A DNA stretch of 61,695 nt, filler included, from Choristocarpus tenellus KU-1152 (Eukaryota > Protista > Phaeophyceae): NCBI GenBank assembly GCA_964200185.2. It is 13 parts of 13 records of this genome, joined end to end, with 100 filler letters (N's around TTAATTAATTAA, not from the genome) between each part and the next. Parts side by side here need not be neighbours in the genome. Positions count along the whole stretch, not along the records: positions 12,002 to 16,097 come from CAXNAD020016238.1; positions 16,198 to 19,297 come from CAXNAD020022336.1; positions 19,398 to 22,516 come from CAXNAD020022184.1; positions 22,617 to 28,285 come from CAXNAD020010074.1; 9 more parts are not named here. The stretch is one strand, 5' to 3'. Below, piece by piece: positions 12,938 through 24,440 of this stretch. A program made the translations under genes and the position numbers. The notes below the pieces were generated by a model that saw nothing but the letters and a program-made list of their open reading frames with translations, was not told the origin of the DNA and ran no database searches. Each line of letters begins with the position of its first letter. Within the stretch, counting starts at the first letter, position 1.

Positions 12938-13254
12938 ACGTATGCCCAACACTGCCTCCTGTGTGTACCTTTTTTCATGGTCGCTCTCTTTTTGGGGTTG
13001 AATACTCTTGCATCCCAATATCCTTTGTTTATATATAAATGTGATGATTGGCGTTTGGGCTCTAGAGATGCACCTGGGGTAAAACCAAACTTCTTCCCCT
13101 TTCCCACTTTTCTCCTATATGTAACGACACCAATTACATCCTATCCCAATTATAGGGTGTTATAATATTACACTAAGACCGCGAAAGAAGCAGGTAGAAG
13201 ACTTCGTAGACACTGTGTTGATAAGATGAATGTTCTTTTACTTCCACTCTCGTG

Positions 13255-13805
13255 GGGGAGTGTGCAGAATGCGATATGAATTATATAAATAGTTATTTGC
13301 AACCGAAAGCATTCGGGGATCATGGTTCATACCTTAGTGGGGTATTTATAGAGAATCAATTCTGGATTTTGATGTCGACACGTTCGAAACGTTAATTTGT
13401 ATTGATAGAGTTTTCTAGAAGCGTTGTGTGTGTTTAAGGTTAGTGATTCCTTCTAGAAAGCAACAGGTGCTAAACCAAGCCCATCTAGTAGTAGTAGTAC
13501 AATAATATCACTTTTCTTTTTAACCATATAATCATGTTTCAGCAAAGGGGGATCGTTTGAGGCTCCCATCTCTTTCTGTTACAGCACGCTCCAGAAGCTT
13601 ACCTCCACAGGATGTATAGCTCCAGTCTACAAACCTATGGATGACGCTGATGTGCGTCACAGGACTCCTGATGCACAAGTAAAGTATGATAGATCTCTCA
13701 CTTGGATTGTTCTCTTCATAATTATCATCAATATCGTCATATAAAAAGAACTGGCAACGATGTACCACGTAGGGGCATGATAAAAACTAAATAATAAATA
13801 AATAG
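13255..13805 (+). repeat. Repeat X-related segment plus a retroposon-like tail
   Basis: 13260-13340 resembles the reverse complement of 29775-29845 (AGAATGC.ATATGAATTA...TGCAAC.GAAAG.ATTC). The region ends GGGGCATGATA followed by an A-rich tail. Confidence 0.45.
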
Positions 13806-14194
13806 TCAATATATTAAGACTAGGACTTCAAGGTCAGAATGGTGTTTATGAAACCGACATCAGACATACCGCCTGTAACGTGCCCCCCTAGCATGAAGCG
13901 TAACTGCTTCGATGTGATAAACGGGAGATTGGGCAAGGATATATAATGTCACTCCTCATCCTATCATGAAAGTAGCAGAAATTAAATGAATGTCACTTCC
14001 AGGTCCAAACATATCAGTAGGCAGCGTTGGGGATCCAGCGGAGGAGGAAACCTGGAGGAAAAAAACAATTCCAACGTTTGCCCTGACGACAGATATGTTT
14101 GCGCTACACTCGCACCTCACGGCACTCACTCTGCATTTGACTCTCAACGTTCAAAAGAAAAACTCCTACACCAGAGTCTCATACACACGTCAAA

Positions 14195-15090
14195 AGTAGG
14201 GTACTGCCTAAAAAGACTCCACCCCTTCCTAGCTAAACAAACACAAATACAGACACAAAACCATAGTAGCACTGAACTTGGGTACTTTCATAGACTCTCC
14301 CCCTTCAGAACTAAAACACAGCAACTACAGCACACTAAGACGATGTCTCATGGTCACAAAAGAGGTTGGGTGCACTGCCATGGAAAGGCTACCCTCCCTC
14401 GGAACTATAAACATAAGTAAAAAATACAAATGTCTTGCAATAAATAGAAAATAGTAATGGAGTGTCTCAGCAAGTCTCTCCCTCTTCACAGCTATAAACA
14501 CAAATGAATACAGGCACAAAATTACAATAGCACTGATATAGGGGACTGCCATAGACTATCCCCCTTCACAACTATAAACACAAACTACAGGACACCAAGA
14601 TAATATCTCACACTTGCAAACAAAAATGAGGTGCTACCATGCTAAGGCTTGCCCTCCCTACGAGCTGAGAACATATTTACAAAAAAAAGTATCAAAATAA
14701 CAGAAAAATAGGGAGTGTCATAGCAAGACTCTTCCCCCTCACAAATATTGACGCAAATCTCAATAGCACTGAAATAGGGTGCTGCCATAGACTCTCCCCC
14801 TTCAGAACTATAAATACAAACAACCATAGGACACCAACACAACGCCATACAGTTGCATAGGTAGGGTGCTACCATGGAAAGTCTTACCCTCCCTAGGAAC
14901 TATGAACGCACAAACAAATAAAGACAAATGTCTTACAACATCATCAAAAATAGGGAGTTTCATAGCAAGACTCTCCTGCTTCGCAACTATCAGTGTAAAC
15001 AATACAAGACAAGGACAATGTCTCAAATACGGACAAACATGTCTAAAAATCATACAAAATAGGGAATCTCATAACAAGACTGCCCACACT
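14195..15090. repeat. Degenerate ~85-bp minisatellite with ~250-bp higher-order (ABC) structure
   Basis: About 11 units with core (T)AGGG..CAT..ACT.TCCC...AACTATAAACAC. Type A starts at ~14278, 14539 and 14775; type B at ~14366, 14627 and 14860; type C at ~14452, 14708, 14950 and 15058. Confidence 0.8.
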
Positions 15091-15699
15091 GGTTAGACTG
15101 CAAAAAGGCAGATATGCTCTTCGCCCGTAACATGCCCCCCAGCGTGAACTAGGTGCACATGTTTCACGCTTACCACAGGTGATTGTGATGGATCAAGACA
15201 ATAAATATCATTCAACACCCCAGATTGCGCTGCGGTAACATATATTTGGTTGCCATTGGGTGACATAGGCGCTCCAGTTCCGAATCTTCCGGTTAGTGCT
15301 GACCGTGCATCAGAAGTCTAAATACATGGCACAAACAGCAGTCTAAAGCTGCACAGTGGTGTGACAGTAGGAGGCTGTAAATACATGAAATATGGTCCAA
15401 ATTCGGACTCTCTCTCTTTGTGCAATTTCTCCAGATCCAATGTAAGAAATACAGTGGTGGAACTTGAAAATAGTTCAATATCAATTTGGACGGGCGTAAC
15501 TTAATGGAGATTAAAGACAGATGACGTATGTATTCCTTTTGAACAGGTATACTATATGAATGATTGTCAGTCCGTGCATTAAGATAGGTGGCAGCATTGG
15601 AGAAACGAATTTCTCCTGTTTTGAACTTGAAAATACAGTATAGAGAGGGTCAAATATAACGTTTAGTTTATGAGGGTTGTATATTTGACAGTGAAATCA

Positions 15700-16097
15700 C
15701 AATATTGAAGTGCAATAGCCCAACAAGTAAGCACGTTAATATTGGGTGCCCTGCATTCTATACGTTTATCGCAATGCACGATCTGTAGTGGAAGTGAAGT
15801 CCCCACGGCAGAGATACAGTTGCCAGTGAGTGGTACCCGACACGACTACTATGTAACACCTTTTCAAAGCAACTGAATAGTGATGTTGACCTTCATTCGA
15901 TTTCTTGTTGAAGTAAGGAGTAATAGGTAGGCGATCAGGATTATCGGATCGGGCTGTATCAACATGAACAAAGAACTCTTTGATAAGGTCAGGAAATATG
16001 AGAATCGAGCCTGCAGTGAGTAATGTGCAAATTACCTTGGGAGGTAATGCTATTTGTTAGTAGTGAAGATAAGAAGGTGTGAAGCCTCACACGACCC
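15700..16097 (-). mobile_element. Degenerate Ty3/gypsy pol remnant (RT-RNase H junction and RNase H)
   Basis: Minus-strand frames read LLTAGSILIFPDLIKEFFVHVDTA, KKSNEGQHHYS and HWQLYLCRGDFTSTTDRAL. These match gypsy RNase H motifs L..PD..K.F...TDAS, Q.NYS and W..YL....F...TDH.AL. Confidence 0.65.
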
Positions 16098-16197
16098 NNN
16101 NNNNNNNNNNNNNNNNNNNNNNNNNNNNNNNNNNNNNNNNNTTAATTAATTAANNNNNNNNNNNNNNNNNNNNNNNNNNNNNNNNNNNNNNNNNNNN

Positions 16198-19083
16198 TAC
16201 ATGCGCCTGCACTGGCAGAGGCCCCTCTACCCTGCCCCGTACCAATGTTCTTATCATAATCGTCCTCGTCGTCCTTGTCTTCCTTCTGCTGCTCCTCGTC
16301 CTCCTCCTTGTCGTCGCCGGTGTTGTCTTCCCTTTCGTCCCCATTCTCCCCCCCCCTCTCCTCTCCTTGTCCCTTCAATGTAGTGTTCTGTCCCTCTCTC
16401 ACAAACCCCCCCCTTTCCCTCACCTTGATAGCAGACCGTAGAACTGTCAAGACCTTGGTAGGAATCTTCTTGCCATTCCCAACAAGTTTCTCGCAAGCCC
16501 AAACAATACCTGCCACGGGTTCCCAGCTAACGTCTTTAACTCGCTTCTGTTTCCCACCTCGCCTGGATCTATCACCAGCGTGCACCCAGCCTTCTACAAA
16601 ACTACTTTTGCCATACTTCTCAAGGGTCATTAGCGCGGCGTTGTCACGTGTGTGATCACTGGTCGACCAAAGCCAGTGAATATCCACCCCACGCTCCCCG
16701 TCCTCGCTGACGTGCTCCGCTAGGATCTTGCCGACCAAGAGCTGTGCCTCCGTTGCCAAAAAAAAGGCAAACCTGCCTTCCTGCACTGAGACTAGGTTTC
16801 CATGGTTCCCTGATGTCAACGTAGTATGAAGCCAACCCCGTCGACGGGAGCCAGGTTCTTCCTTGCCACTGTCCGATGAGGAAGAGTGTGTTTCCTTGAG
16901 CCCGCCGAGATCATTGTCACTACCAACAAGATTAACCCCCCCACCCGAACGTTCGCCCTGGTCGTTGTCTTCGATGTCGCCGGTGCTAGTTCCAGCGCCA
17001 TTGTCATCGGTGGGAAGCCAATGGACTGGGAGGTCGAAATCTTGTTCCCCTGTCTTTTGGAGAAGTCGCACAGACTCGCTTTGCTCGTGTTTCGCTCTCT
17101 GAACGGCTTCATCGTTTGCGAAGGTGGAATCCATGAGCACGAGGACATCAACGGTATGGATGTATGAATGTTACTTTGTTACCAGGCGTGAGGTTTCACG
17201 AATGCGCTTGGGGAGCATGCAGTGAGAGGGAGGGTGTATATTTCGTCGGAATCGCCTCTGTTGAGTACAAGACCGGTACCCTCAAAACATTTATGGGGAG
17301 TAATCTATGGTAATTTTTATTGTAACATGCGACGATCACTACACATGAGAATGCAATATTTTTCAAGATTTTTTTTCTAAAGGCTGTGAAGGCTGCCTCG
17401 TACAGAAGTTGCACCTGATTTTTTTGGCTGCCACCGAATACCAGAATTAGCTATCAACTCCCCTCACGAAAAAATCGACTTACCCAGTGGGTACGCAGCA
17501 GGGAGGCGCTCGTGCGACACCTGGTACCGCTGCTCCACCTTCAGGATGACGTCTTTGGGAACGCTCTTGAGCTGGTAGGGTGGTGAATCTTGGATACGAG
17601 GCGGTTGGCCGATGAAGAGGTCGTGCGGAGGGGCGTTGGGGTCCATAGCAAGGTCTCCGCCTATCCCAACTCCATTCGGTGCTGTGCATGTATCGCTTTA
17701 CGCTAACCTTCACCCGCCCATCACCGCCTTTTTCAACGCGAAAAGCCCTGTAGCTCGTGATGTTGGGGACACGGTTGACGCGATCGCGAAGGAGTCCCTT
17801 GAAATTGCCCTCATTCCGCAAGGTCTTGTAGTATACTGGAACCTCCGTGTAGGAGGCCTGCAGCTCTTTACCCAGCTATGTTCTTGTGAATATGTTTTTG
17901 CCTTTTATTCCACGTGAGAACCTGAAGGTGAAATGCAAGGAAGTTAACTTCGAGGCGGGGGTGAAAGAAGCGAAGTGGATAAGCAGGATATATATGCAGG
18001 CACATGCTCTGATGCATGTATATGGAAAAATCAATATAAAATTGGGTGATGCGTACATTTTTTTTTATTGTTTTGTTTCGAGAGTATGTTACGAAGCAGT
18101 TTTGGCAGCTGCTCTTATCGTTCAATTTTGTTGTGGGGAAATCAAAAGCCAATCGATCAATTACAGCATACGGCCATAAACCTTCCAGGAATGCAACAAG
18201 CGTGAGCAGCAATCCTCGAGGCTGTATCTGTCCATATAAAAACACTATGTGGCTATCGAACTTACATATCTTGCCTAATTACCTGGAGAAGATCTGATCG
18301 ATTTTGATGTGCGTGTGCCCCACCATCATAAAATGTATCTCGACCACACGAATGACACACACCGCAACCAACAGCCCCGCGTATCTGAGAAAGAAATTGT
18401 TCTTGTTCTCTGAGACGCAGTTGTCGACCTGGCCAGTTTGGGGAGTTGGGAGCAAGGGAGGGATAAGCGTGAGGCCAATATGTTAGCTCCTTTCGCCGCG
18501 TTTCGTGGAGGAACAGGGTAGGTTTCCAGTATTGCTAGAGCGCAATCTATACATCACCGCCATAATACATGAAGGTTGCAACACACAAACCAAAACTAAA
18601 GACCGTGCAGTTAGTTACTTGGTGACTGGTATTCAGCGAGTATGTGTTAAGTAGGTCGTGTCAAGATGAAACCTTCTTACCTGCCAATGCGCGTGCTGGA
18701 CGATGCAATTCCCGGAGTCATTGAGGCCGTTACGGTACTTGTTGATAAGCCTTGTGAGGGCAAGGTGAGTGGCTGTGCAGACAAGGTTACAACCTGTGCG
18801 AACAATGATGTTCAACAACTGTTGGCAAAAAGTACTCTGCTCATTTACGCATTGTTTATTTGGAGCTAAAAAGAGGGGTAATGCAATTTGTTTATACAAT
18901 GTAGAGGATATACACCAATACAGCTGATGTAATGTACATGTCTGCGATCTCCACCACCCGTTGATTAGCTCTTACGCTACTCTACAGTACGTACCTCCTA
19001 CAAGATTGATAGGAGTGAAGAACACTTCCGCAAACTGGCGTTCGACGTGTGCGGCCATGATCTTCTGGCGCTCGGAGTAGCCC
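16198..19083 (-). pseudogene. Intron-containing Sola-like (DUF7869-type) DDE transposase pseudogene (exons 19083-18995, 18793-18681, 18428-18283, 17921-~17484, and ~17150-16198)
   Basis: The spliced sequence reads GCNLVCTATHLAL...HWQVDNCVSENKNNFFLRYAGLLV...HFMMVGHTHIKIDQIFSRFS, carrying the DNC..ENKN and GHTH..IDQ.FS signatures. It has an in-frame TAG at 17878-17876, a frameshift near 17660 and an acidic C-terminal tail. The element ends lie outside the contig. Confidence 0.75.
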
Positions 19084-19897
19084 CTGATAAGGGGGACATG
19101 ATCGAAAGGAACATGTAAAGAAAGGTCATCATGATGAACGGAATAGGTAGTGGAATTATGTGCGTTTGTTTTGGCGATTATTTCTTGGGACTTTGCACTC
19201 ATCCGTAGAATAAAACATGGTCGTCTATTCTGTTACGCGTGCGGCTGCAAAGGTCTTGTCGGATGGACTATGCGTGCGTGTGGTTACCTGTCACCGCNNN
19301 NNNNNNNNNNNNNNNNNNNNNNNNNNNNNNNNNNNNNNNNNTTAATTAATTAANNNNNNNNNNNNNNNNNNNNNNNNNNNNNNNNNNNNNNNNNNNNTTT
19401 GTTTTTGTTTTCGACCTTGCCCATCCTTAGCCCGTGTGAACCTTCATTTTCAAACAAGTTGTCCCCCCCCCCCCCCCCCCCCCCCCCAACAAAAATACTT
19501 CAAACAGAAAAGTTAAACCGGAATCCAAACGTTATTTCTTGATCGCACTTTCCACCCTAACCCTAACCCGATTTTCCTTTCCTCTCGGACCTCTAATCCA
19601 ATCCTGGCGTAAGTAGCCTGAGGGGCCTTGGCCCCCAGGTAAGAAGGTTGTGTATGTGTGTGTGTGTGTGTGTGTAGAGAGAGGAGGAAAAAGAAAAGGT
19701 AGAAGAGCAAGCAAACGCAATAACCCAAACAATACAGGGGCGACGATAAACGGCCCAGGCTGTACACTAGCTCACTAGCTCCCAGCAGAGAGCAGAACAT
19801 CAATGCTTATGCTGCTCGAATTCAACGAAAACCCTCTGCTGAAAACAAAAATTTGTCGCATGTCATTCTTGGAAGCGCCCCCCCCCCTCCCCCTCTC

Positions 19898-20736
19898 TCA
19901 CGCAGAAAGTTCTTGCGGATTGAGCAAGTTCCTCCTCGCGTCCCCCATGCCCGAAACCATGGACGACCTCTTGGCACAGGACAGTCTCATCCTTTTCGGG
20001 ACAAAAGAAAGAACCCCACCCCGTTCCAATCCCCCCCCCCCGCCCCGGGGAAAAGTCAAAGGACAGTTGGGGAGGGCACAGGGCGAAAGAATGCAATCTA
20101 CTTCAGAAGTGCTTTTTTCAATGGGTGGAGCGGTTGTGAAGTATAGCATGCATTCTTTCTAGCTGTGCACATCGTGTGATGGATACAGATGGGTTGGGGT
20201 AATGAAAAAAAGAAGAAAATTGCAGTTTTTATTCGAGTGGGAGGGGGAAGGGCCGGTAGAGTACGCCTTCCTGAAACACAAGAATAGAATCCGTTCACGG
20301 TCTCAAAGATCCTATCCTACAGCAGGAATATAGTAATTGGTTGCAAGGGCAAAAACTTGAAGACCATCTGCATCGGTTCAACAAAAAAACCCGGTCAAGT
20401 GTGTAAACCTTTCATTTCCCCCCCTCCCCCCTCTCCCTCATCTCTACCGATCCCCTGTTCCAACCTGTGCGCCCCAATCAAGGTTCACCTGTAAATCCCG
20501 TGATGGACGCCTTGAACTGCAGGGAGGACAACAAACACAATGAACAGCAGGTAAAGAGTCGAGGAGAGGGGAGCATCTCTCCAGTCGAGGAACGGGTAGA
20601 TAACGTTGTTGCCGTGCACCTCAGATGCCAAGAAGCAGTAGGAGACATTGAAGATGGTGTAGATGGTGGCAAAGACGAAAATCGGCCAAAACCTCCAGAA
20701 TTTGAAGGGCATGGCCACCAAAAGATTGTCAGTGAT
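19898..20736 (-). CDS. Rolling-stone / FAR-17a-AIG1-like multipass membrane protein, last two exons (20736-20489, 19991-19898)
   Basis: ITDNLLVAMPFKFWRFWPIFVFATIYTIFNVSY...NNVIYPFLDWRDAP...GIYR|MRL...* carries the IYP.LDW motif between hydrophobic helices. The GT-AG intron is phase 2. Confidence 0.75.
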
Positions 20737-21929
20737 CTAGATGGACAGGGAGGGAGAGGAAAAAGGAAGACATTACACAAGACGGAGCAAGAGAGTTCGA
20801 GGGTGGTGCAGATTTGTCTCTCAGTCAGTCGACTCAGGTACCAGTAATAAGAGATTGATAACGAGTTGAACGACTTGTGTTCTTCACTGCAATCAACATA
20901 ATCAGCGGAGAAGGTAGTGGGAAGGGACTTAAGATAGATCTAGCTGTCATGATAATAGAAGCTACACTACACTACAGACAGTAGTAACTGTTACTGGAAT
21001 CCCCTTTCGACTCTCACGGTAGCCATTTTCAAGTTCTCTTTTTTAGTCTTCCCATCTAACCAGGCACAGCATCCCCCCTCCCCCCCCTGTCCCTCAGGTC
21101 GCCGCTGGAATTTCATATATATATATATATTTTTTTTTTCTTTCTGCCCCAGGATGTAACGCCTTCCAAGTCTCAGGCCCTTGATCTCAGCTCAGTACCA
21201 GCCCGTTTCGCCTTGTGGGTCATTCCAGAGCCCTCTAATTTTTAATTTTTTTTGCTTCCTGTTTTTCCGTGTCCATTGTCCCCCGTCTACCTTCCTTTCC
21301 TCCTTCTTTTTTCTTCTTGTTCTTTTTTTTTTTTTTCTCTCCTGGATTAAATCGCTGGCCGCATCTGCCGGTTCTGCTGGTCCTGGGTAGGCGTTTGCGA
21401 TCCTGGACGTAGGGAGAGCGCCGAAAGGATTTTGCGGTTGGTAAGGGGGACACAGAGACCGTACAGACGCAAAGAGATTCAGGGCCCAAGAGCCGCGAGG
21501 GCTTGGGGGAGATGGAAACAGCAATGGCAGCAGTTAGCCACACGCGTGCGTCACTACGGATGGAGGGAAGACAAACCGTCGTTAGTACGGTACAACCAAG
21601 CTAGGTGTTGACGCCACTGCATTCTACGTAGTGCGGAATGTACCGGCGTAGCAAGCGCTACACATACGCACAGGTGAGACAAACACGAACAGAAAAGGAA
21701 GAAAAAAAAAAGAAAAAGGGAACTGACTGTCTGCACAAGCACTGGAATATAGGTAGTAAAAACACGATCGATCCGGAGAGAGTACCTTTTTCACCTCAGC
21801 GCTTTCGTCTGGTGTTGACGGCAGCAGGTACGCCTATGCCGCGCAACTCCCTTGTCCAATTGCATCGCCAATGTAAGAAAAGTACTAAGTCGACTCTGAG
21901 AGGAGAGGAGAGGAGAGGAGAGGCCCACG

Positions 21930-22400
21930 CAAAAGCTTCCAAGGCGCGGTCTGTGACATTGAGCATGCTCAGTCACAAGGCGGGCTGGGCTTTGAACGCA
22001 TCGTTCCTGCTTCTATGTTGAACGACTTGGAGCCACCTTGCGATGAAGGCTGTCTCTTCAAGAGGCACATGGTCGAGCCCAGTCACTGAGTGCAAACAGG
22101 AAGCCAGTGAACCCCTCTGGTTGCCTCAACTTGGCCCGCAGGTCTATTGTCAGCTGATGAGAGCGTACAATAAATATCGAAGCACATGGGAATATCTTGT
22201 CCTAGGCATCGATGATCCACATGGGTCTATGGTTGAACAACCTAGGGCAGAGTAGAGATTTGAATGACCGGAATGTACCAACTACTCCGGGTGATGAGTT
22301 TGGGAAAGTAGCTAAAAACACTTTTCCATTGATAGACCCGTTCAAAGCATGTTTAGCCAGCCCAGCAAAACACGGCCAATACAATTGGCTGATTTGAAAT
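21930..22400 (-). mobile_element. Possible highly degenerate LINE 3' remnant
   Basis: Broken frames (SMPRTRYSHVLRYLLY...RPAGQ...W.Q..Q.R) weakly resemble RTE C-termini. Confidence 0.25.
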
Positions 22401-22412
22401 TTTAACGTTACG

Positions 22413-22459
<47 letters not shown>

Positions 22460-22686
22460 CAACCAAACCCAACACACAAAAAACCACCCAAAAAAAACGA
22501 AAAAAAAAAAAAAAAANNNNNNNNNNNNNNNNNNNNNNNNNNNNNNNNNNNNNNNNNNNNTTAATTAATTAANNNNNNNNNNNNNNNNNNNNNNNNNNNN
22601 NNNNNNNNNNNNNNNNCCAACCCACCCCTCTACCATTAAAGACAAAACAAAAAAAAAAAAAAAAGAAAAACCCTAAAAAAAAAACC

Positions 22687-22718
<32 letters not shown>

Positions 22719-23366
22719 GTTGTACAATAGTGGAAACAAGCAGTCGATCTTACTAATACACTCCTGCCTCAAAGCAAAAAAAAAAAATGCCAATAAAGAA
22801 AAATACAGCCAGGCAGTCAGGCAGACACACACACACAAACATAAGAACAATCTTTGCCATTAAAAAAGATACACAATATATATATATATCAATGGGGGCA
22901 AAATGCATTCACTGCAAGAAGCAATATACATTCAGCAAGCTGCTTTTAAGAATCAAGCAGACCTGGATGGTCAAGAGCAGAGATAAACAGCCGCCCCCTT
23001 GCTCCACACCAGGTAGTAGTGTGCACAACACCACTACAGTGACACTGTGTGCTCGAACAGCATCACGTGGTAGTATAGTAAAAGTTGCTCTACTTTTTGA
23101 ATAAGCCGTTCGTCGATTGCGATGCTCTCTACTTCTTTTTCTAATTGAACAAATGCCTTGAAACAAACATAATGAAAGGAACTGCTTCACAGTGTGTGCA
23201 TTTGTGTATGTATGAGAGACAGAGAGAAAGATAGAGAGAGTATATGTGTGTATGTGTGTGTGTGTTGTGTGTGTTTTGTGTTTTGTGTGGTGTATTATGT
23301 GTGCGTTATGTTATGTTGCGTGTGTTTGAGTGTGTGTTCGTTTTTTTTCTTGTGTGTATGACTCAC

Positions 23367-24440
23367 CGGTAGCATCTGCGACCCTGAGCGCATTCACAAT
23401 GCCCCGAGCGATCCCCTTACGGAGTGGACGGATCATGAAGTGGAACCCAAAGGATCTGGACAACCACGTCTGCAAGGAAGAACGTCACACACACACACCC
23501 CAAAAAAAGAAAAATAATAGAAAAAGTCAAGTGGACATACGTACACACACACACTTGCGTACAGAGAGATTAACACAAAAAACACATACACACACATACA
23601 CACACACACAAAACTATCCATCTACAAAGCTCTCGAGTAATATATAGTGATACACAGATACAATGTGAAAATAATAATAACAAAATTTCAATGTGTACAT
23701 TAGTGGTACAGAAATACAAGTCGCATCAAGGCACAAACACACACACACACACAGACACACACACACACATGCACAACACACACATAACACACACAGGTGA
23801 CTTCAAGAACAGGTGGTTTTTATGTACACCGTAGGCCCCTCTCCAAAACCCCTTGAAGCCCTCACCAATAGATGATGTGGGTGTAACATATAGTGTGGGT
23901 GAAATAGACAACGTGGAAGCCGTTGAGTCTTGGGTAACGTCACCTTAGGTTCACCTCGGCAAAACGTTTCTCAACACAATACGCCTTCAAAAAGATACAA
24001 AACCATAATATCACACTTCCAAGCCATGAACTACGTAGTAGGAATTTAAAAAAACAAAAACAAAAACAAATTGCAATAGCAATGACAGCGTTCAATGAGT
24101 CAACAGCGGCTTGAGAAGAAGGTTGCCAGAGTAGCCCCTAAAGTGTGCTTGATTCACAAGGTGGAAGTCACATTGAACTAACTGTCTAACCCTAACCCTA
24201 AACCCACTGTATATGGGAAGACAAGGCCCAAAAAAGCGCCATTGTTTCAGGCAACAGAGTTATCTGTATACAGCACTGTTGTGGGTGTTCTGTGTTCATG
24301 CCTGATTGTCGAGGCCCTCATACGTGAAGACATCCACCACAACATAGGGTCCACGCAGAAGGGGGGCCAGGAAACAAGCCGCAATACTAATGACCAGGAT
24401 CACCGGCCAAAACGGCAGCATCCACCAGGCGCCTCACCAC
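23367..24440 (-). CDS. CER1/CER3 (WAX2)-like protein, two internal exons (~24440/24432-24302 and 23469-23367)
   Basis: The spliced sequence GAWWMLPFWPVILVISIAACFLAPLLRGPYVVVDVFTYEGLDNQ|TWLSRSFGFHFMIRPLRKGIARGIVNALRVADATG matches the CER3/CER1 segment W..P.WP...QTW..PRFGFQYF......IN..IE.AI..AD..G. The intron between them is GC-AG. There is an in-frame TGA at 24436-24434 if the stronger acceptor is used. Confidence 0.75.

Noticed and set aside
14195-15090. CRISPR-like array (conserved core plus variable spacers)
   Set aside because: The cores are degenerate, the spacers are homologous to one another in an ABC cycle, there are no cas genes, and the context is eukaryotic.
22410-22720. Long poly-C/poly-G/poly-A runs at contig ends (also 8869-8971, 58095-58116, 59140-59280 and 61620-61695) as G-quadruplex or regulatory elements
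   Set aside because: They coincide with assembly breaks and low-quality read ends, so their lengths and sequence are unreliable.
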